Assembly (NCBI GenBank): GCA_965214405.1
Contig: OZ243956.1
Span: forward strand, 1,728,001 to 1,792,000
Length of the DNA stretch: 64,000 nucleotides
Source of the DNA: Trueperaceae bacterium
GTDB lineage: Bacteria > Deinococcota > Deinococci > Deinococcales > Trueperaceae
Reading direction: 5' to 3'
Shown piece by piece: positions 1 through 9,857 of this stretch (position 1 is its first letter; every line of letters starts with the position of its first letter). The notes under the pieces were generated by a model that saw nothing but the letters and a program-made list of their open reading frames with translations, did no database searches and was not told where the DNA came from. Position numbers and translations under genes: made by a program.

Positions 1-275
1 AGAACAGGCTTACGCCTATTTACAGGTAGCCTTGGAAGAGTTTGGTCAGGACGGTGATACCGAGCACTTGACGCTGGCCCTGCGAAATGTTACCGAAGCG
101 CGCGGCGGAGTCCCCGAGCTGGCGCGTCAGGTCGACATGGGAAAAACAAGTCTGTACAAAGCGCTATCTGAAAAGGGAAGTTCAACTCTTAGCGCCGTAG
201 GACCCTTTTGCATGGATTTATTTGCATGGACTTGACTACCGGCTGGCGATAGCCCCGGCTGAGCCACACCGCTAA
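1..275 (+). pseudogene. Addiction-module antidote/HigA-like HTH antitoxin, 5'-partial, 3' end frameshifted
   Basis: Frame from nt 2 reads EQAYAYLQVALEE...ARGGVPELARQVDMGKTSLYKALSEKG. The expected tail LHGLDYRLAIAPAEPHR* (stop 273-275) is in another frame, after a duplicated TTTGCATGGA (207-216, 221-230). Confidence 0.65.
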
Positions 276-379
276 ATGTAAGGACAGGAAGAAAGGAAAA
301 GTTTCAGTGTAACGCAGCGAGACTAAAAGAACCCGACGCTTAGCTGGACTTTCGGCTTCGTAAATGGGAACATTGAGCG

Positions 380-1417
380 ATGAGTCAACGTGATAAAAAG
401 CGGGCGCCCCGCAACAGGACGATTACACTTACAGAAGAAGAGAAGCAGACCCTTGTTGACCGGTGCATTCGTGTATCAAATGAGGCAACGCTTCAAGAAG
501 TTATCAACAAGACGATTTGTCAGGACGCCTTTGATGTGTTGAGCAGGCTACCGCCCGAGTCGGTCGATCTGATCTTTGCAGACCCGCCATATAATCTTAC
601 TAAAAGCTTTAACGGTCGCGCTTTTTCCTGGAAAACGCTTCAAGATTATGAAGATTATTTGGAGCAGTGGATTCCTGAACTCTTCCGGATTTTGAAGCCG
701 CAGGGAAGCATTTACATTTGTGGAGACTGGCGCTCCTCTTCTGCAATTCACCGGGTGGCAGAGCGGCACTTTAGGGTGCAAAATCGCATCACCTGGGAAA
801 GAGAAAAAGGGCGCGGCGCGAAAACGAATTGGAAGAACAGTTCAGAGGACATCTGGTTCTGTACAAAATCAAAAAATTACACCTTCAATGTTGAGGACGT
901 AAAGTTGAAGCGCCGTGTTGTAGCACCTTACAAGGATACAAAAGGTAAACCGAAAGATTGGGAAACTACAGATTTGGGAAACTTTAGATTAACGCACCCC
1001 TCGAATCTTTGGACTGATCTAACCGTTCCCTTTTGGTCCATGCCCGAGAACACTGATCACCCCACACAAAAACCTGAGAAGCTGGTGGCCAAAATCATTT
1101 TGGCAAGCTCGCGTGAGGGAGACGTGGTGTTTGATCCGTTCTTGGGATCAGGAACTACTTCGGTAGTCGCCAAAAAGCTGAACCGAACATATATTGGTAT
1201 AGAGATTGATGAACTGTACGCGGCCCTGGCAGAAAAACGGCTCGCAATGGCAGAAGAGGAAATGTCAATTCAGGGTTATCATGAAAGCGTGTTTTGGGAA
1301 CGGAACACCCTAGCTCTTCAGATAGCTGAGTCTGGCCGGGTCCAAGGCAACGGGGATGAAGAGATTCGTACGGCTAAGGGTTCCGTCGCTGAAGAAATGC
1401 CGCTATTCTCTAGCTAA
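380..1417 (+). CDS. DNA amino-methyltransferase (N6A/N4C, beta class) of a Type II R-M system
   Basis: Catalytic DPPY precedes HPTQKP and the SAM-binding DPFLGSGTT motif; its stop overlaps the next start (TAATG). Confidence 0.93.
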   Translation: MSQRDKKRAPRNRTITLTEEEKQTLVDRCIRVSNEATLQEVINKTICQDAFDVLSRLPPESVDLIFADPPYNLTKSFNGRAFSWKTLQDYEDYLEQWIPELFRILKPQGSIYICGDWRSSSAIHRVAERHFRVQNRITWEREKGRGAKTNWKNSSEDIWFCTKSKNYTFNVEDVKLKRRVVAPYKDTKGKPKDWETTDLGNFRLTHPSNLWTDLTVPFWSMPENTDHPTQKPEKLVAKIILASSREGDVVFDPFLGSGTTSVVAKKLNRTYIGIEIDELYAALAEKRLAMAEEEMSIQGYHESVFWERNTLALQIAESGRVQGNGDEEIRTAKGSVAEEMPLFSS

Positions 1418-2088
1418 TGTTACCTTCCCCTAGACCGAACCCTCTTTTCTACACTGACGCCTATAAGCTCATTGAAGAAAAGACGAAAACCATACTAAAC
1501 GCTCAGGTTGACTACTTGACAGAGCGTACAGCGCGCAGCACACGAGCCGCCGGAGACGCCATTGAAAACATTCTCCAAGATGAATTTAGTGCGATCTTGG
1601 GTGGTGACATAGTCAAAGAGTACAGTTCTGACTTTGCACGGCGTGCGATGGGAGATTTGGCATTCGAAAGCAACGAGGGGTTTTATCATCTTGTGGACGT
1701 TAAAACTCATCGCAGCTCAACTGACTTCAATATGCCCAACCTCACTTCAGTGCAGAGACTGGCGAAGCTGTACGAAAATAACAGCAACTACTTCTGCCTC
1801 TTGTTGGTTGCTTACGATATTAACAACGTTACTGTGACTGTTCATGAGGTGACCTTTGTGCCGATCGAATTTCTGGATTGGTCGTGTTTGACGATTGGAG
1901 CGCTAGGATGGGGACAGATTCAAATTGCTAACTCGAACAGGATAACCATAGCCGACAAGAAACCGCGCAAAGACTGGATGCTCGAGCTTTGCGACCGGAT
2001 CTTAGCGTTCTACCCCAAGGAAATCCTAAAGATCAACGAGCGTATAACCTATTTTGAGAGCATAAGAGAGTTCTGGCAAGCGAAATAG
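1417..2088 (+). CDS. Type II restriction endonuclease, PD-(D/E)xK fold, HpaI/HincII-like
   Basis: GD..VDVKT, PNLTS..RL and ALGWGQIQI motifs resemble HpaI/HincII as I recall them; coupled to the MTase; AT-richer than flanks. Confidence 0.75.
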   Translation: MLPSPRPNPLFYTDAYKLIEEKTKTILNAQVDYLTERTARSTRAAGDAIENILQDEFSAILGGDIVKEYSSDFARRAMGDLAFESNEGFYHLVDVKTHRSSTDFNMPNLTSVQRLAKLYENNSNYFCLLLVAYDINNVTVTVHEVTFVPIEFLDWSCLTIGALGWGQIQIANSNRITIADKKPRKDWMLELCDRILAFYPKEILKINERITYFESIREFWQAK

Positions 2089-2145
2089 ATGAGCTGAAAC
2101 ACGCTTAGCCAGACCGTTTCAACATCTATCCGGCTCGAGCCCCTC

Positions 2146-4611
2146 TCACCGCCTCGAGCCCATCATGAGCGGCACCACCAGCACCGTCCCCACAAACGTC
2201 GCCACCACCGACAGCCCCACCGACAGCATCACTTGGGTCACGCTCACCAAATACATCGTGGCGAAGAGGAAGAAGACGCTCGAGGTGGTGAGCACCGAAA
2301 AGAGCACCGCCTTACCAGTTCGCGCGTACACCCCCGCTTCCCCCTCTTCCGCGCCCAGCACGCCCAACACGAGATGCACCGCGTAGTCCGAGCCGATACT
2401 GACGATAAACACGACCGGGAAAATTAAGAAAACAGAAATGTAGATGTCGAACAGCGGCAGCAGCCCGAGCCACCACACGCCCGTGACGACCATGACCACG
2501 GCGACGGTGAGGACCGCGCGCAGGCTCCGGGTGAAGAGAAAGAGGAGCGTGCAGGCCCACAAAAGCGACGCGGCGAAGAGGACGCGCATCCAGAAGAGGC
2601 TCGTTTGGATGAAGAGGTAGGTAATCGTCCGGTAGCCCAAAAAGTGCGTCGTTACGCCGTCGGGCTGTGCGGCGCGGGTCGCTTCTACAGCTTGCTCGAG
2701 CTCCCCATAAAGCCTCCCCGCCGCCTCGAGCGAGGCGGTAGAACTTGTGGATGAAAGGGTAGAACCTGCGGATTCGGGCGGCCTGACGATAAGCACCGAA
2801 AGGTTTAGGTCGGGGCTCGAGAGCACGCTTACCAGGGGCGACCAGGCGGGGCTCGAGTGCATCGTGGTGAGCGCGCTCCCTATCTCCTCCCGCGTGCTCG
2901 GGGCCGCGCGGCTTAAGTCGCCGCCCGCTAAGAAAAAACGGCGCACGGCGGGTCCCACGCCGTCTTTGAGAACTTCGTAAGAGCCCAGGATGCGGTTTAG
3001 GCTCACCACCTCCGTTCCTTCGCCCAGGGTTTCTTGAAGCTCAGCCTCGAGCGCGCGCGTATAGTCCAGCAGCGCGGGGTCGGTTGCGTCACCCTCCAAA
3101 ATGACGAACTCGGGGAACGCGCCCCCCAGCCTCTCCCCCGCCCGCGCAACCGCCTTGGCGACCGGGTCGGACGGGGGAAAATTGCCCTGAATCACGTCCA
3201 ACTGGTAGACGGTGCGGCCTTGCATGAGGAGCGCGGCTAGGGTGAGACCGATAATAAAAAGCGCCACGGGCACCCGAAAGCGCGCCACGCCCAGCATGAG
3301 GCGGCGCATGAGGGCGGACGGCCTATAGGGAACAGTTTTTGTTTGTTTTCTGAGCGCGTAAAACGCGGGCGGCAGCGTCAGCACGAGGAGCGTGGAGGCG
3401 GCGAGGCCAAAGGCGGCGAAGAAGCCGAGCTGCACCATGCCGGGGATGCCCGATACAAGGAGCGACAGGAGCCCGCCGACGGTAATGAGCGAGGTGAGCA
3501 CGAGCGCCGCGCCTGTACGGGAGGCTGCTCGAGAAACCGCCACGCCGGAGGCTGTCATATCAGAAACCGTCATATCAGAAGCTGTCATGCTAGAAGCTGT
3601 CACGTTAGAAGTCACGCCAGAGGACGCGTCTCCAGATTCCCCCGCCCTGTACGCGTTGAGCAAATGAATCGCGTAGTCGATGCCGCTGCCCAGCAAGAGC
3701 GGCACGAGCGCCACCGTGACGATGTTGAGCCCCACGCCCGTCAAGCCCATGAGGCCGTACGTCCACACGAGCCCCAAAATGAGACAGGCGACCGCAACTC
3801 CCACGGTTTGCAGGGAGCGAAACGCGAACCAGAGCAAAATCACGACGAAGAGCCCCGCCAGAGGCACCAGCAGGAGGCTTTCTTGTGAAAGTGTCCGGTC
3901 CACCCTCGCCAACCCAGAAGCGAGTCCGAGAGGCGTCATCAGGTCCTCGCGGAAGAGGTCGTGGCGTTTGCCGTCCCACGACTTGTACGCGTCAACCGCC
4001 GCCACGAGTTTTACGCCCAAGTCGCGCGAGGCGTTCGACAGGGGTTCGCCCTCGACCGTGAACCCCAAAAGCGTGGCCGCGCCGTCATTGGAGATGGTGG
4101 CGTCTAACAAGTCCCGCTGCGTGTTCCACAGCGCGCTCCAGAACACGCGAAAGGTCGCGGAGTCCTCGGGCAGCTTTAGCGCCGCGATATTTCCCGTGGC
4201 GTCCTCATCCGACGATACGTAGTTGGCGAGCGCCAGCCACTGCGGCAAGCCGAACACGCTCCTCACCTCGGGCACGCGGGCGCGCACGAACGAGGCGAAC
4301 TCCGCCTGCGCCCGAATGGCCGCCTCGTCGGTAATCTGCGAGACGCCCGCGGCGGCGGCCTTGGCGGGCTCGAGCTCGAGCCACACCAGCTCCTGATTCG
4401 TCACGCCGTTGATATGGTCAATCACTCCCTCAAACGCCCTCACGTTGGGCTGGTCCGCGGGCAACCAGTCGATGAGGTTGGTGCGAAACTCTAAGCGAAA
4501 GAGCCCCAGACCCAAAAGGAGCGTTACCGTGAAAAGGAGCGCGAGCGTGAGCCGAGGGCGGCGCGCGGCGCTCTCCATAAAGGTGTGGAGGAGGGACTCG
4601 AGGCGGTTCAC
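2146..4611 (-). CDS. MMPL/RND-family membrane transporter
   Basis: Two halves of TM bundles with large loops; GIDYAIH and GSDYAVH motifs. Start moved to GTG 4611, preceded by TACACT-N6. Confidence 0.88.
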   Translation of the reverse strand: MNRLESLLHTFMESAARRPRLTLALLFTVTLLLGLGLFRLEFRTNLIDWLPADQPNVRAFEGVIDHINGVTNQELVWLELEPAKAAAAGVSQITDEAAIRAQAEFASFVRARVPEVRSVFGLPQWLALANYVSSDEDATGNIAALKLPEDSATFRVFWSALWNTQRDLLDATISNDGAATLLGFTVEGEPLSNASRDLGVKLVAAVDAYKSWDGKRHDLFREDLMTPLGLASGLARVDRTLSQESLLLVPLAGLFVVILLWFAFRSLQTVGVAVACLILGLVWTYGLMGLTGVGLNIVTVALVPLLLGSGIDYAIHLLNAYRAGESGDASSGVTSNVTASSMTASDMTVSDMTASGVAVSRAASRTGAALVLTSLITVGGLLSLLVSGIPGMVQLGFFAAFGLAASTLLVLTLPPAFYALRKQTKTVPYRPSALMRRLMLGVARFRVPVALFIIGLTLAALLMQGRTVYQLDVIQGNFPPSDPVAKAVARAGERLGGAFPEFVILEGDATDPALLDYTRALEAELQETLGEGTEVVSLNRILGSYEVLKDGVGPAVRRFFLAGGDLSRAAPSTREEIGSALTTMHSSPAWSPLVSVLSSPDLNLSVLIVRPPESAGSTLSSTSSTASLEAAGRLYGELEQAVEATRAAQPDGVTTHFLGYRTITYLFIQTSLFWMRVLFAASLLWACTLLFLFTRSLRAVLTVAVVMVVTGVWWLGLLPLFDIYISVFLIFPVVFIVSIGSDYAVHLVLGVLGAEEGEAGVYARTGKAVLFSVLTTSSVFFLFATMYLVSVTQVMLSVGLSVVATFVGTVLVVPLMMGSRR

Positions 4612-4716
4612 CCTTCTAGTGTAAGCGCGGCCCGACCTAAACATTAGGTGTAGCTTGTGCGTTGGTTAGTTAACGGGTGTCAACTCGGTGCTAAGATGCA
4701 CCACCAGGAGGTCCGC

Positions 4717-4962
4717 ATGGCTGACGGTCACGAGTACGGCTACACTGTCATTTTCGAAAAAGAGGGGGACGCCTATACCGCCACGGTGCCCGCCCTGAAC
4801 TACAGCTCGACCTACGGCGAAACGTTGGACGAAGCCCGCGAGATGGTCAAAGAGATGATCGGGCTTTATCTGGAGAGTCTGAGGGCGGACGGGCTCGAGC
4901 TGCCCGAGCCGGACGCTTCTAAAGAAACATTCACCGAGCGTATCAGCGTCGCCTTAGTCTAA
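4717..4962 (+). CDS. hicB: HicB-family antitoxin
   Basis: YTATVPAL...STYGETLDEAREMVKEMIGLYLE pattern; AGGAGG RBS upstream of ATG 4717. Confidence 0.88.
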   Translation: MADGHEYGYTVIFEKEGDAYTATVPALNYSSTYGETLDEAREMVKEMIGLYLESLRADGLELPEPDASKETFTERISVALV

Positions 4963-5192
4963 TGCCTAAGCTGCCCGCTGTCTCCGGCAAGACCATGCTA
5001 CGTTTTTTGGAAAAGCGCGGCTTTTACGTTCACCGCACCAGCGGCTCCCATTACATCTTAAAGAGCCTTGATAGACCCGAACTACGGGTGGTTGTCGCTG
5101 TACATGGCGCAAAATCCATTCCCACAGGCACGTTACGCGCGATTCTACGCCAGGCGGACGTCACCGTTGACGAGTTTGTCAAAGAATTTTGA
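4962..5192 (+). CDS. hicA: HicA-family mRNA interferase toxin
   Basis: MPKLPAVSG...GF...GSH...VAVHG..IPTGTLRAILRQA; TAATG overlap with hicB. Confidence 0.9.
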   Translation: MPKLPAVSGKTMLRFLEKRGFYVHRTSGSHYILKSLDRPELRVVVAVHGAKSIPTGTLRAILRQADVTVDEFVKEF

Positions 5193-5264
5193 GCGTACTC
5201 TGTCTCTACGAAATTTGTCTCCACCTCTATACTGATATACTGATAGTGTCGTCAGGAGGGACAC

Positions 5265-5774
5265 ATGAAAAAAACGCTCGCCGCATCGGGTGTTTTCCTA
5301 CTTTTTCTCTTTTTCGGCGGCTTGTGGGTCAGCTTGTCGCGCATCATCCCCGACGGCGTCTCCCAGTCCATCAGCATCGTGGCCTTTGGCGCGGTTTTTG
5401 TGATGACCTTTGTGTGGCTGCTCGTCTCGAGAGTGCGCGCCATTCTGGGCGGCACCAAGCACTTTTTGCGCGAAGGGCTCCTCACCCTCTTTAACCTCTC
5501 GCTGCTCATTTTGGCCTTTGCCGCGATGTACCAGAAGCTGGGCATTATCGACAACACCACCGAGGGCTCGCCGACGATTTACGTTTTCTCGACCTGCATT
5601 TACTACTCTGTCATTACCTTTACCACGCTCGGCTACGGCGACTTTTACCCGACCGGCATCGGCAGGATTTTGGCGGCGATGGAGTCGTTTACGGGCTACA
5701 TCATTTTAGGCGTGCTCGCCTCGACCGCCGCCTCGGTGCTCTCGCCGCAGGAGGAGCCGGGGTTCAGCGAGTAG
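5265..5774 (+). CDS. Potassium channel family pore protein (Ion_trans_2)
   Basis: YYSVITFTTLGYGDFYP selectivity-filter motif between TM helices; AGGAGG RBS. Confidence 0.88.
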   Translation: MKKTLAASGVFLLFLFFGGLWVSLSRIIPDGVSQSISIVAFGAVFVMTFVWLLVSRVRAILGGTKHFLREGLLTLFNLSLLILAFAAMYQKLGIIDNTTEGSPTIYVFSTCIYYSVITFTTLGYGDFYPTGIGRILAAMESFTGYIILGVLASTAASVLSPQEEPGFSE

Positions 5775-5823
5775 GAAAAAGCGCCGCTTCTTCAAACTCT
5801 ACCCGCCTTGTAAAGCTCGAGCC

Positions 5824-6165
5824 CTACGCGCGCGTTACCCCGTTGGCGTCGCGCATGATGTTCATGACCCGCGCGTGGTCGTCCTCTGACACCCGCGCCG
5901 TGACGAGCACGCCCTCGTCGTGAAGTTCTTCTTCATAAAATTCGGCCTCCTCGCGCGATAAACCCATCCGGGTAAGTTCGTTACTCACGGGGTCGTTCCC
6001 GCTGCTAAAGACGCTGGCGAAGCTCGAGAAGAGCCCGCCTCCGCCCGCGTCGCCCCGCCGTAAGACGCGGATGCTGTCCTCGGGCAAGCCCAGCGCGTCA
6101 AGCTCGTTCACCGCCTTTTCGGCGTCCACCTGACTGTCAAAAATGCCGACAACTGTTTCCATCAC
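5824..6165 (-). CDS. General stress protein-like (YflT/17M-type) small protein
   Basis: TVVGIFDSQVDAEKAVNEL...L..MGLSREEAEFYEEEL..GVLV; similar to the N-terminal domain of 35213..36229. Confidence 0.7.
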   Translation of the reverse strand: MMETVVGIFDSQVDAEKAVNELDALGLPEDSIRVLRRGDAGGGGLFSSFASVFSSGNDPVSNELTRMGLSREEAEFYEEELHDEGVLVTARVSEDDHARVMNIMRDANGVTRA

Positions 6166-6219
6166 GCCCCCCTTTTGAACACGGATTTGAACATAGTACG
6201 GTGCTTAAACCGTTGAAGT

Positions 6220-6399
6220 CTAAAAAATGGTGGTGACGCCAAATATCAGCAGGACGAAAAAGATGACGGCGATAACCAGAAAGATGCCGAACAGCCAGCG
6301 CGCCGCCGTGGCCGCGCCCGCAGCCACGCCCGAAAAGCCCAGCGCCCCGGCGACGACGGCGATAACAACAGCAATGATGGCGAGTTCTAAAAGTCCCAT
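6220..6399 (-). CDS. DUF1328 (UPF0391) small membrane protein, 59 aa, absent from the ORF track
   Basis: Translates MGLLELAIIAVVIAVVAGALGFSGVAAGAATAARWLFGIFLVIAVIFFVLLIFGVTTIF*; AAGGGGGG RBS upstream. Confidence 0.88.
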   Translation of the reverse strand: MGLLELAIIAVVIAVVAGALGFSGVAAGAATAARWLFGIFLVIAVIFFVLLIFGVTTIF

Positions 6400-6477
6400 A
6401 TCGTCCCCCCTTTAGTTACGTGATTTTGTTACGCCGTCCACTATACTCCCTTTGCGCTTTAAGCGGTTACACTCCCG

Positions 6478-7179
6478 TCATAAAAGCAGCAAAACCGTGT
6501 ATCCAGCCGCGCCCAGGGCAAAAGCCGAAAAGCGGCTCTGGCGCTCCTCAGGCAGCTCTTCTTTGAGCACGTTGAGGATGACCCCGCCCCCCAAAAAGGC
6601 GAAAAGGACCGCCAGCGCCGCCTCGTTTATCTCGGTAAGCACGCCCACGAGCCAGCCCAAGAGCACGGCGGCGGAGAGAATCCAGCGGCCCCAGCGGTCG
6701 TAAAGCCCCTTGTGGTCGTGGCGCAGGCCGATGTCGTTGACCAAAAAGTGCAGCGTCAGCGCGACGAAAAAGTACAAAAGCGATTCCAACCCCGGCGACT
6801 CGCGGTGGACGAGCAGGTAACCGATCAGCGCGTTGTACACTGTGAACGAGGCGATGTGGAGCCAGAACACGCCCCTATCGCGCCCGCCGTCCTCATCGTC
6901 GCGCTTGATAAGGCGCTCGAGCCCGTAAAAGGCGCTTAGGCCCACCAGCGCGACCAGGTAAACATGGTGCTCCACAAAGCTCAGGGGAGCGGCCTCGGCA
7001 AGCGCCTCCTGGTGCTCCGCTAAGTCGGGCAGGATGTGGACGAAAATGTAGGCGACCGACACGCCGCTCGCCGCCGAGAGCCAGCGGCTGCGGGGCATAA
7101 CCGACAAGAAGCGCAGCCGCCGCGCCAAAAGGTGCGCTACGGCCATGCCCAGCGCCAGGACAAAGGTAATAAAGGTCAT
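6478..7179 (-). CDS. Multi-TM membrane protein, ZIP-transporter-like
   Basis: About 8 TM segments, His-containing motifs (FVHILPDL, LHFLVND), GGGVILNVLKEELP. Confidence 0.6.
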   Translation of the reverse strand: MTFITFVLALGMAVAHLLARRLRFLSVMPRSRWLSAASGVSVAYIFVHILPDLAEHQEALAEAAPLSFVEHHVYLVALVGLSAFYGLERLIKRDDEDGGRDRGVFWLHIASFTVYNALIGYLLVHRESPGLESLLYFFVALTLHFLVNDIGLRHDHKGLYDRWGRWILSAAVLLGWLVGVLTEINEAALAVLFAFLGGGVILNVLKEELPEERQSRFSAFALGAAGYTVLLLL

Positions 7180-7299
7180 GGTGCTTTTAGCTTACATCAC
7201 CGGAAGGGGTTTGAGCTCGTGTAAACGATTTTAGCGCGAAGTAAGATTTTGTCAGCACAGGTCGCGTCTCCTGCAGCGTGTAGTTAAGCGTGAACGAGG

Positions 7300-7791
7300 T
7301 TACAGAGTAAGTAAAAATTTGGTTAACAAAATTACCCGCCCATTCAACTCTGTAGATTCTCGAAATGTCGGGTGCTCTACGAACGAATGACGTAGCAAAA
7401 CTTTTTGAGACGCGATGTTGTCAGAAGCCACTCGAGCAACCAGTCGTTTCAAGCGTAATTCTTTGAGCGCGAACTCTCTAAGATATGATAAGCCTTCAGC
7501 TCCGATACCCTGACCCAGATGATTCCGGCATACACGGTAGCCAACTTCGGCTTGCTCACCGTCAATGTCGGAAAAGTTAAAACGCCCCACGATGTCATCG
7601 CCTCGATACCTTACAAACATCAGGTAGGTAGCTTGGGACATTCCCAGAACCAACTGGGTAAGCATGTCAGGGAACGTCTCCTGGTCGAAATAGGAAGCAG
7701 GTCTGGGCGGAACCCACGATTCAAACCAGCTTTTGTTTCGACCTTCAAAATCAAAGAGGGCTTGGCTGTCTTCCAAAGTAAGGAGTTTCAA
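7300..7791 (-). CDS. GNAT acetyltransferase, RimJ/RimL family
   Basis: AEVGYRV..HLGQGIG and DNIASQKVLLRHSF motifs; visibly AT-richer. Confidence 0.85.
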   Translation of the reverse strand: MKLLTLEDSQALFDFEGRNKSWFESWVPPRPASYFDQETFPDMLTQLVLGMSQATYLMFVRYRGDDIVGRFNFSDIDGEQAEVGYRVCRNHLGQGIGAEGLSYLREFALKELRLKRLVARVASDNIASQKVLLRHSFVEHPTFRESTELNGRVILLTKFLLTL

Positions 7792-8006
7792 GTGAGCTTT
7801 CCTTCTCTTGTCAAAAGTTTTTTACAGAGGCCTTTTCTGCGCCGCTTCGGTCCAATAGTTCATAAGAACCCCCGCCGACCCCGGATGCTCTCAATGTGCC
7901 ACCCCGGAGCGAGTCCAGAGGGCTAAGACGTTTTTTCTGCCTCAGCCCTCGTCACGTTCTCGATCCCAACTCGCACGACTGCTACGGGAGGGCTTTTTAC
8001 GGTCGC

Positions 8007-9761
8007 CTACGCCAGCGGATAGCCGTTCGCCTCAAAGGCGTCCGCCGCCGCCTCGCGGCGCGCGCCGATAAGGTCCTCGCCGTGCTCGCTCAGGTAAGCG
8101 TTGAGCTTGCCGAGCATGGGCTGTCCGTTGGGGATGCGGCGCAGCGCCGTGGTGGCGTAGCCCCGAACGCGGTCCACCGCCTCAAAGGTGTAGAGCGCAG
8201 CGAGCCGCGCCGCGTGTTCGCCTTTGGGCGTACCCAGCAGCCGCTCGGCGCGCAGGAGCGCGGACTCGGAGAGGTAAGCCGCCGCGACCATGTCGGCCAC
8301 GCGAGCCATGACTTCTTGCTCCTTCTCGAGCTCCTGCGCATACCCCATCGCCCCCAAACCCGCCACAAGCAGCGTCGCGCGCTTCATGTTTTCTACTGCT
8401 ACGTACGCTTTTTTAAGCTCCTCCGGCGCGTCCACGTCCGTAAGGGGCTCCCCTTTGACCGCTCCCTGCGCCGCGCTCATCAAGTCGAGGCTGCCCTTCA
8501 GCGCTCTTTTCAAAAGCTGTCCCGTAGTGAGGAGCCGGTTGATCTCGTTCGTCCCCTCGAAAATCCGGTTGATGCGCGCGTTGCGGTAGGCGAGCTCGAC
8601 GGGGTAGTCCGCGCTAAAGCCGATGCCGCCGTAGATTTGCAGCGTCTCGTCGATGGTGCTGCCCAAGATTTCCGACCCGGCCACCTTGATGAACGAGTAT
8701 TCGACCACGTACTCGTCAATCGCCGCCAGCCGCGCAGCCTCATCCTCTTTGCCCACCAATCTTTCGTCTAACGCGCCCGTCATCCGGTAGACGGCGCTTT
8801 CTAACGCGTAAGTGTCGGCGGACATGTGGCCGACTTTTTCCTGGATGAGGCCGAACTTGCCGATGGACTGGCCGAACTGCTCGCGCTCGGTCGCGTGCGC
8901 GGCGGCGAGATGCACCATTTCTTTGCAGCCGCCAACGGCCCCTGCCGCGAGTTTGAGGCGGCCCACGTTGAGGATCTGGAAGGCGATGATGTGGCCCCGG
9001 CCGATCTCGCCCAAGAGGTTTTCTTTGGGGACGGACACGTCAGAAAGCACCACCTGCCGCGTCGAGGAGCCCTTGATGCCCATTTTCTTTTCTTCCGCGC
9101 CAAAACTCAGGCCCGGCGTATCCCGCTCGACCAAAAAGGCGCTAAATTTATTCCCGTCCACCTGCGCGAATACGGTAAAGAGGTCTGCGAAGCCCGCGTT
9201 GGAAATCCACATCTTGGAGCCGTTTAAGACGTAGTGCGTGCCCGCCTCGTTCAAAACCGCCTTGGTTTTCGCGGCGCGCGAGTCCGAGCCCGAGCCGGGT
9301 TCGGTGAGGCAGTAGGCCGCGATCATCTCGCCCGACGCGAGTTTGGGGAGGTACTTCTCTTTTTGCGCCTCAGTACCAAAATAAACGAGCGGCAAGGTGC
9401 CGATGCCCGTGTGCGCGTTGAAGGTCACGTTAAACGAGCCCGCGCCCGAAAGCTTTTCGGTGACGAGCATCGAGGCCGCCTTGGAAGCGTCGAGGCCGCC
9501 GTAGGCCTCGGGCACGTCCACGGCCAAGAGGCCCAGCTCGCCCGCCTTGTGCATCTTTTGGACGGAGAGCTCGTAGGACAGCGCCTCGAGCTCCTCCAAC
9601 ACAGGCGCAATCTCGCGCTCGACAAAGCGCTCGGCGGTCCCCCCCATCATTTTGAGTTCGTCGTCGAACGCCTCGGGGATGAGCACGTCCTCGGCGGCGT
9701 GGCGCTCAATGAGAAAACTCCCGCCCTTTTTGGGTGTAATGCTGCGGTCTGCAATTGCCAT
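8007..9761 (-). CDS. Acyl-CoA dehydrogenase (FadE-like)
   Basis: YCLTEPGSGSD, GSKMWISN, IFEGTNEIN; ATG 9761 has AAGGAGG RBS and an upstream TATACT. Confidence 0.95.
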   Translation of the reverse strand: MAIADRSITPKKGGSFLIERHAAEDVLIPEAFDDELKMMGGTAERFVEREIAPVLEELEALSYELSVQKMHKAGELGLLAVDVPEAYGGLDASKAASMLVTEKLSGAGSFNVTFNAHTGIGTLPLVYFGTEAQKEKYLPKLASGEMIAAYCLTEPGSGSDSRAAKTKAVLNEAGTHYVLNGSKMWISNAGFADLFTVFAQVDGNKFSAFLVERDTPGLSFGAEEKKMGIKGSSTRQVVLSDVSVPKENLLGEIGRGHIIAFQILNVGRLKLAAGAVGGCKEMVHLAAAHATEREQFGQSIGKFGLIQEKVGHMSADTYALESAVYRMTGALDERLVGKEDEAARLAAIDEYVVEYSFIKVAGSEILGSTIDETLQIYGGIGFSADYPVELAYRNARINRIFEGTNEINRLLTTGQLLKRALKGSLDLMSAAQGAVKGEPLTDVDAPEELKKAYVAVENMKRATLLVAGLGAMGYAQELEKEQEVMARVADMVAAAYLSESALLRAERLLGTPKGEHAARLAALYTFEAVDRVRGYATTALRRIPNGQPMLGKLNAYLSEHGEDLIGARREAAADAFEANGYPLA

Positions 9762-9857
9762 GATGGCCTCCTTTAGTTTGCGTTGGGCCAGTATACGCCA
9801 ATGTTGGACCAAGTTCAAAAAGTGAGTTTCAGTTCTCGGCTGAAGAAACACAACCTT

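Noticed and set aside
380..1417. This MTase as the cause of the CTCGAG excess
   Set aside because: It is beta class with an HpaI-like partner and looks recently acquired. The CTCGAG/TCGA MTases I know (PaeR7I, TaqI) are gamma class. Not formally excluded without methylome data.
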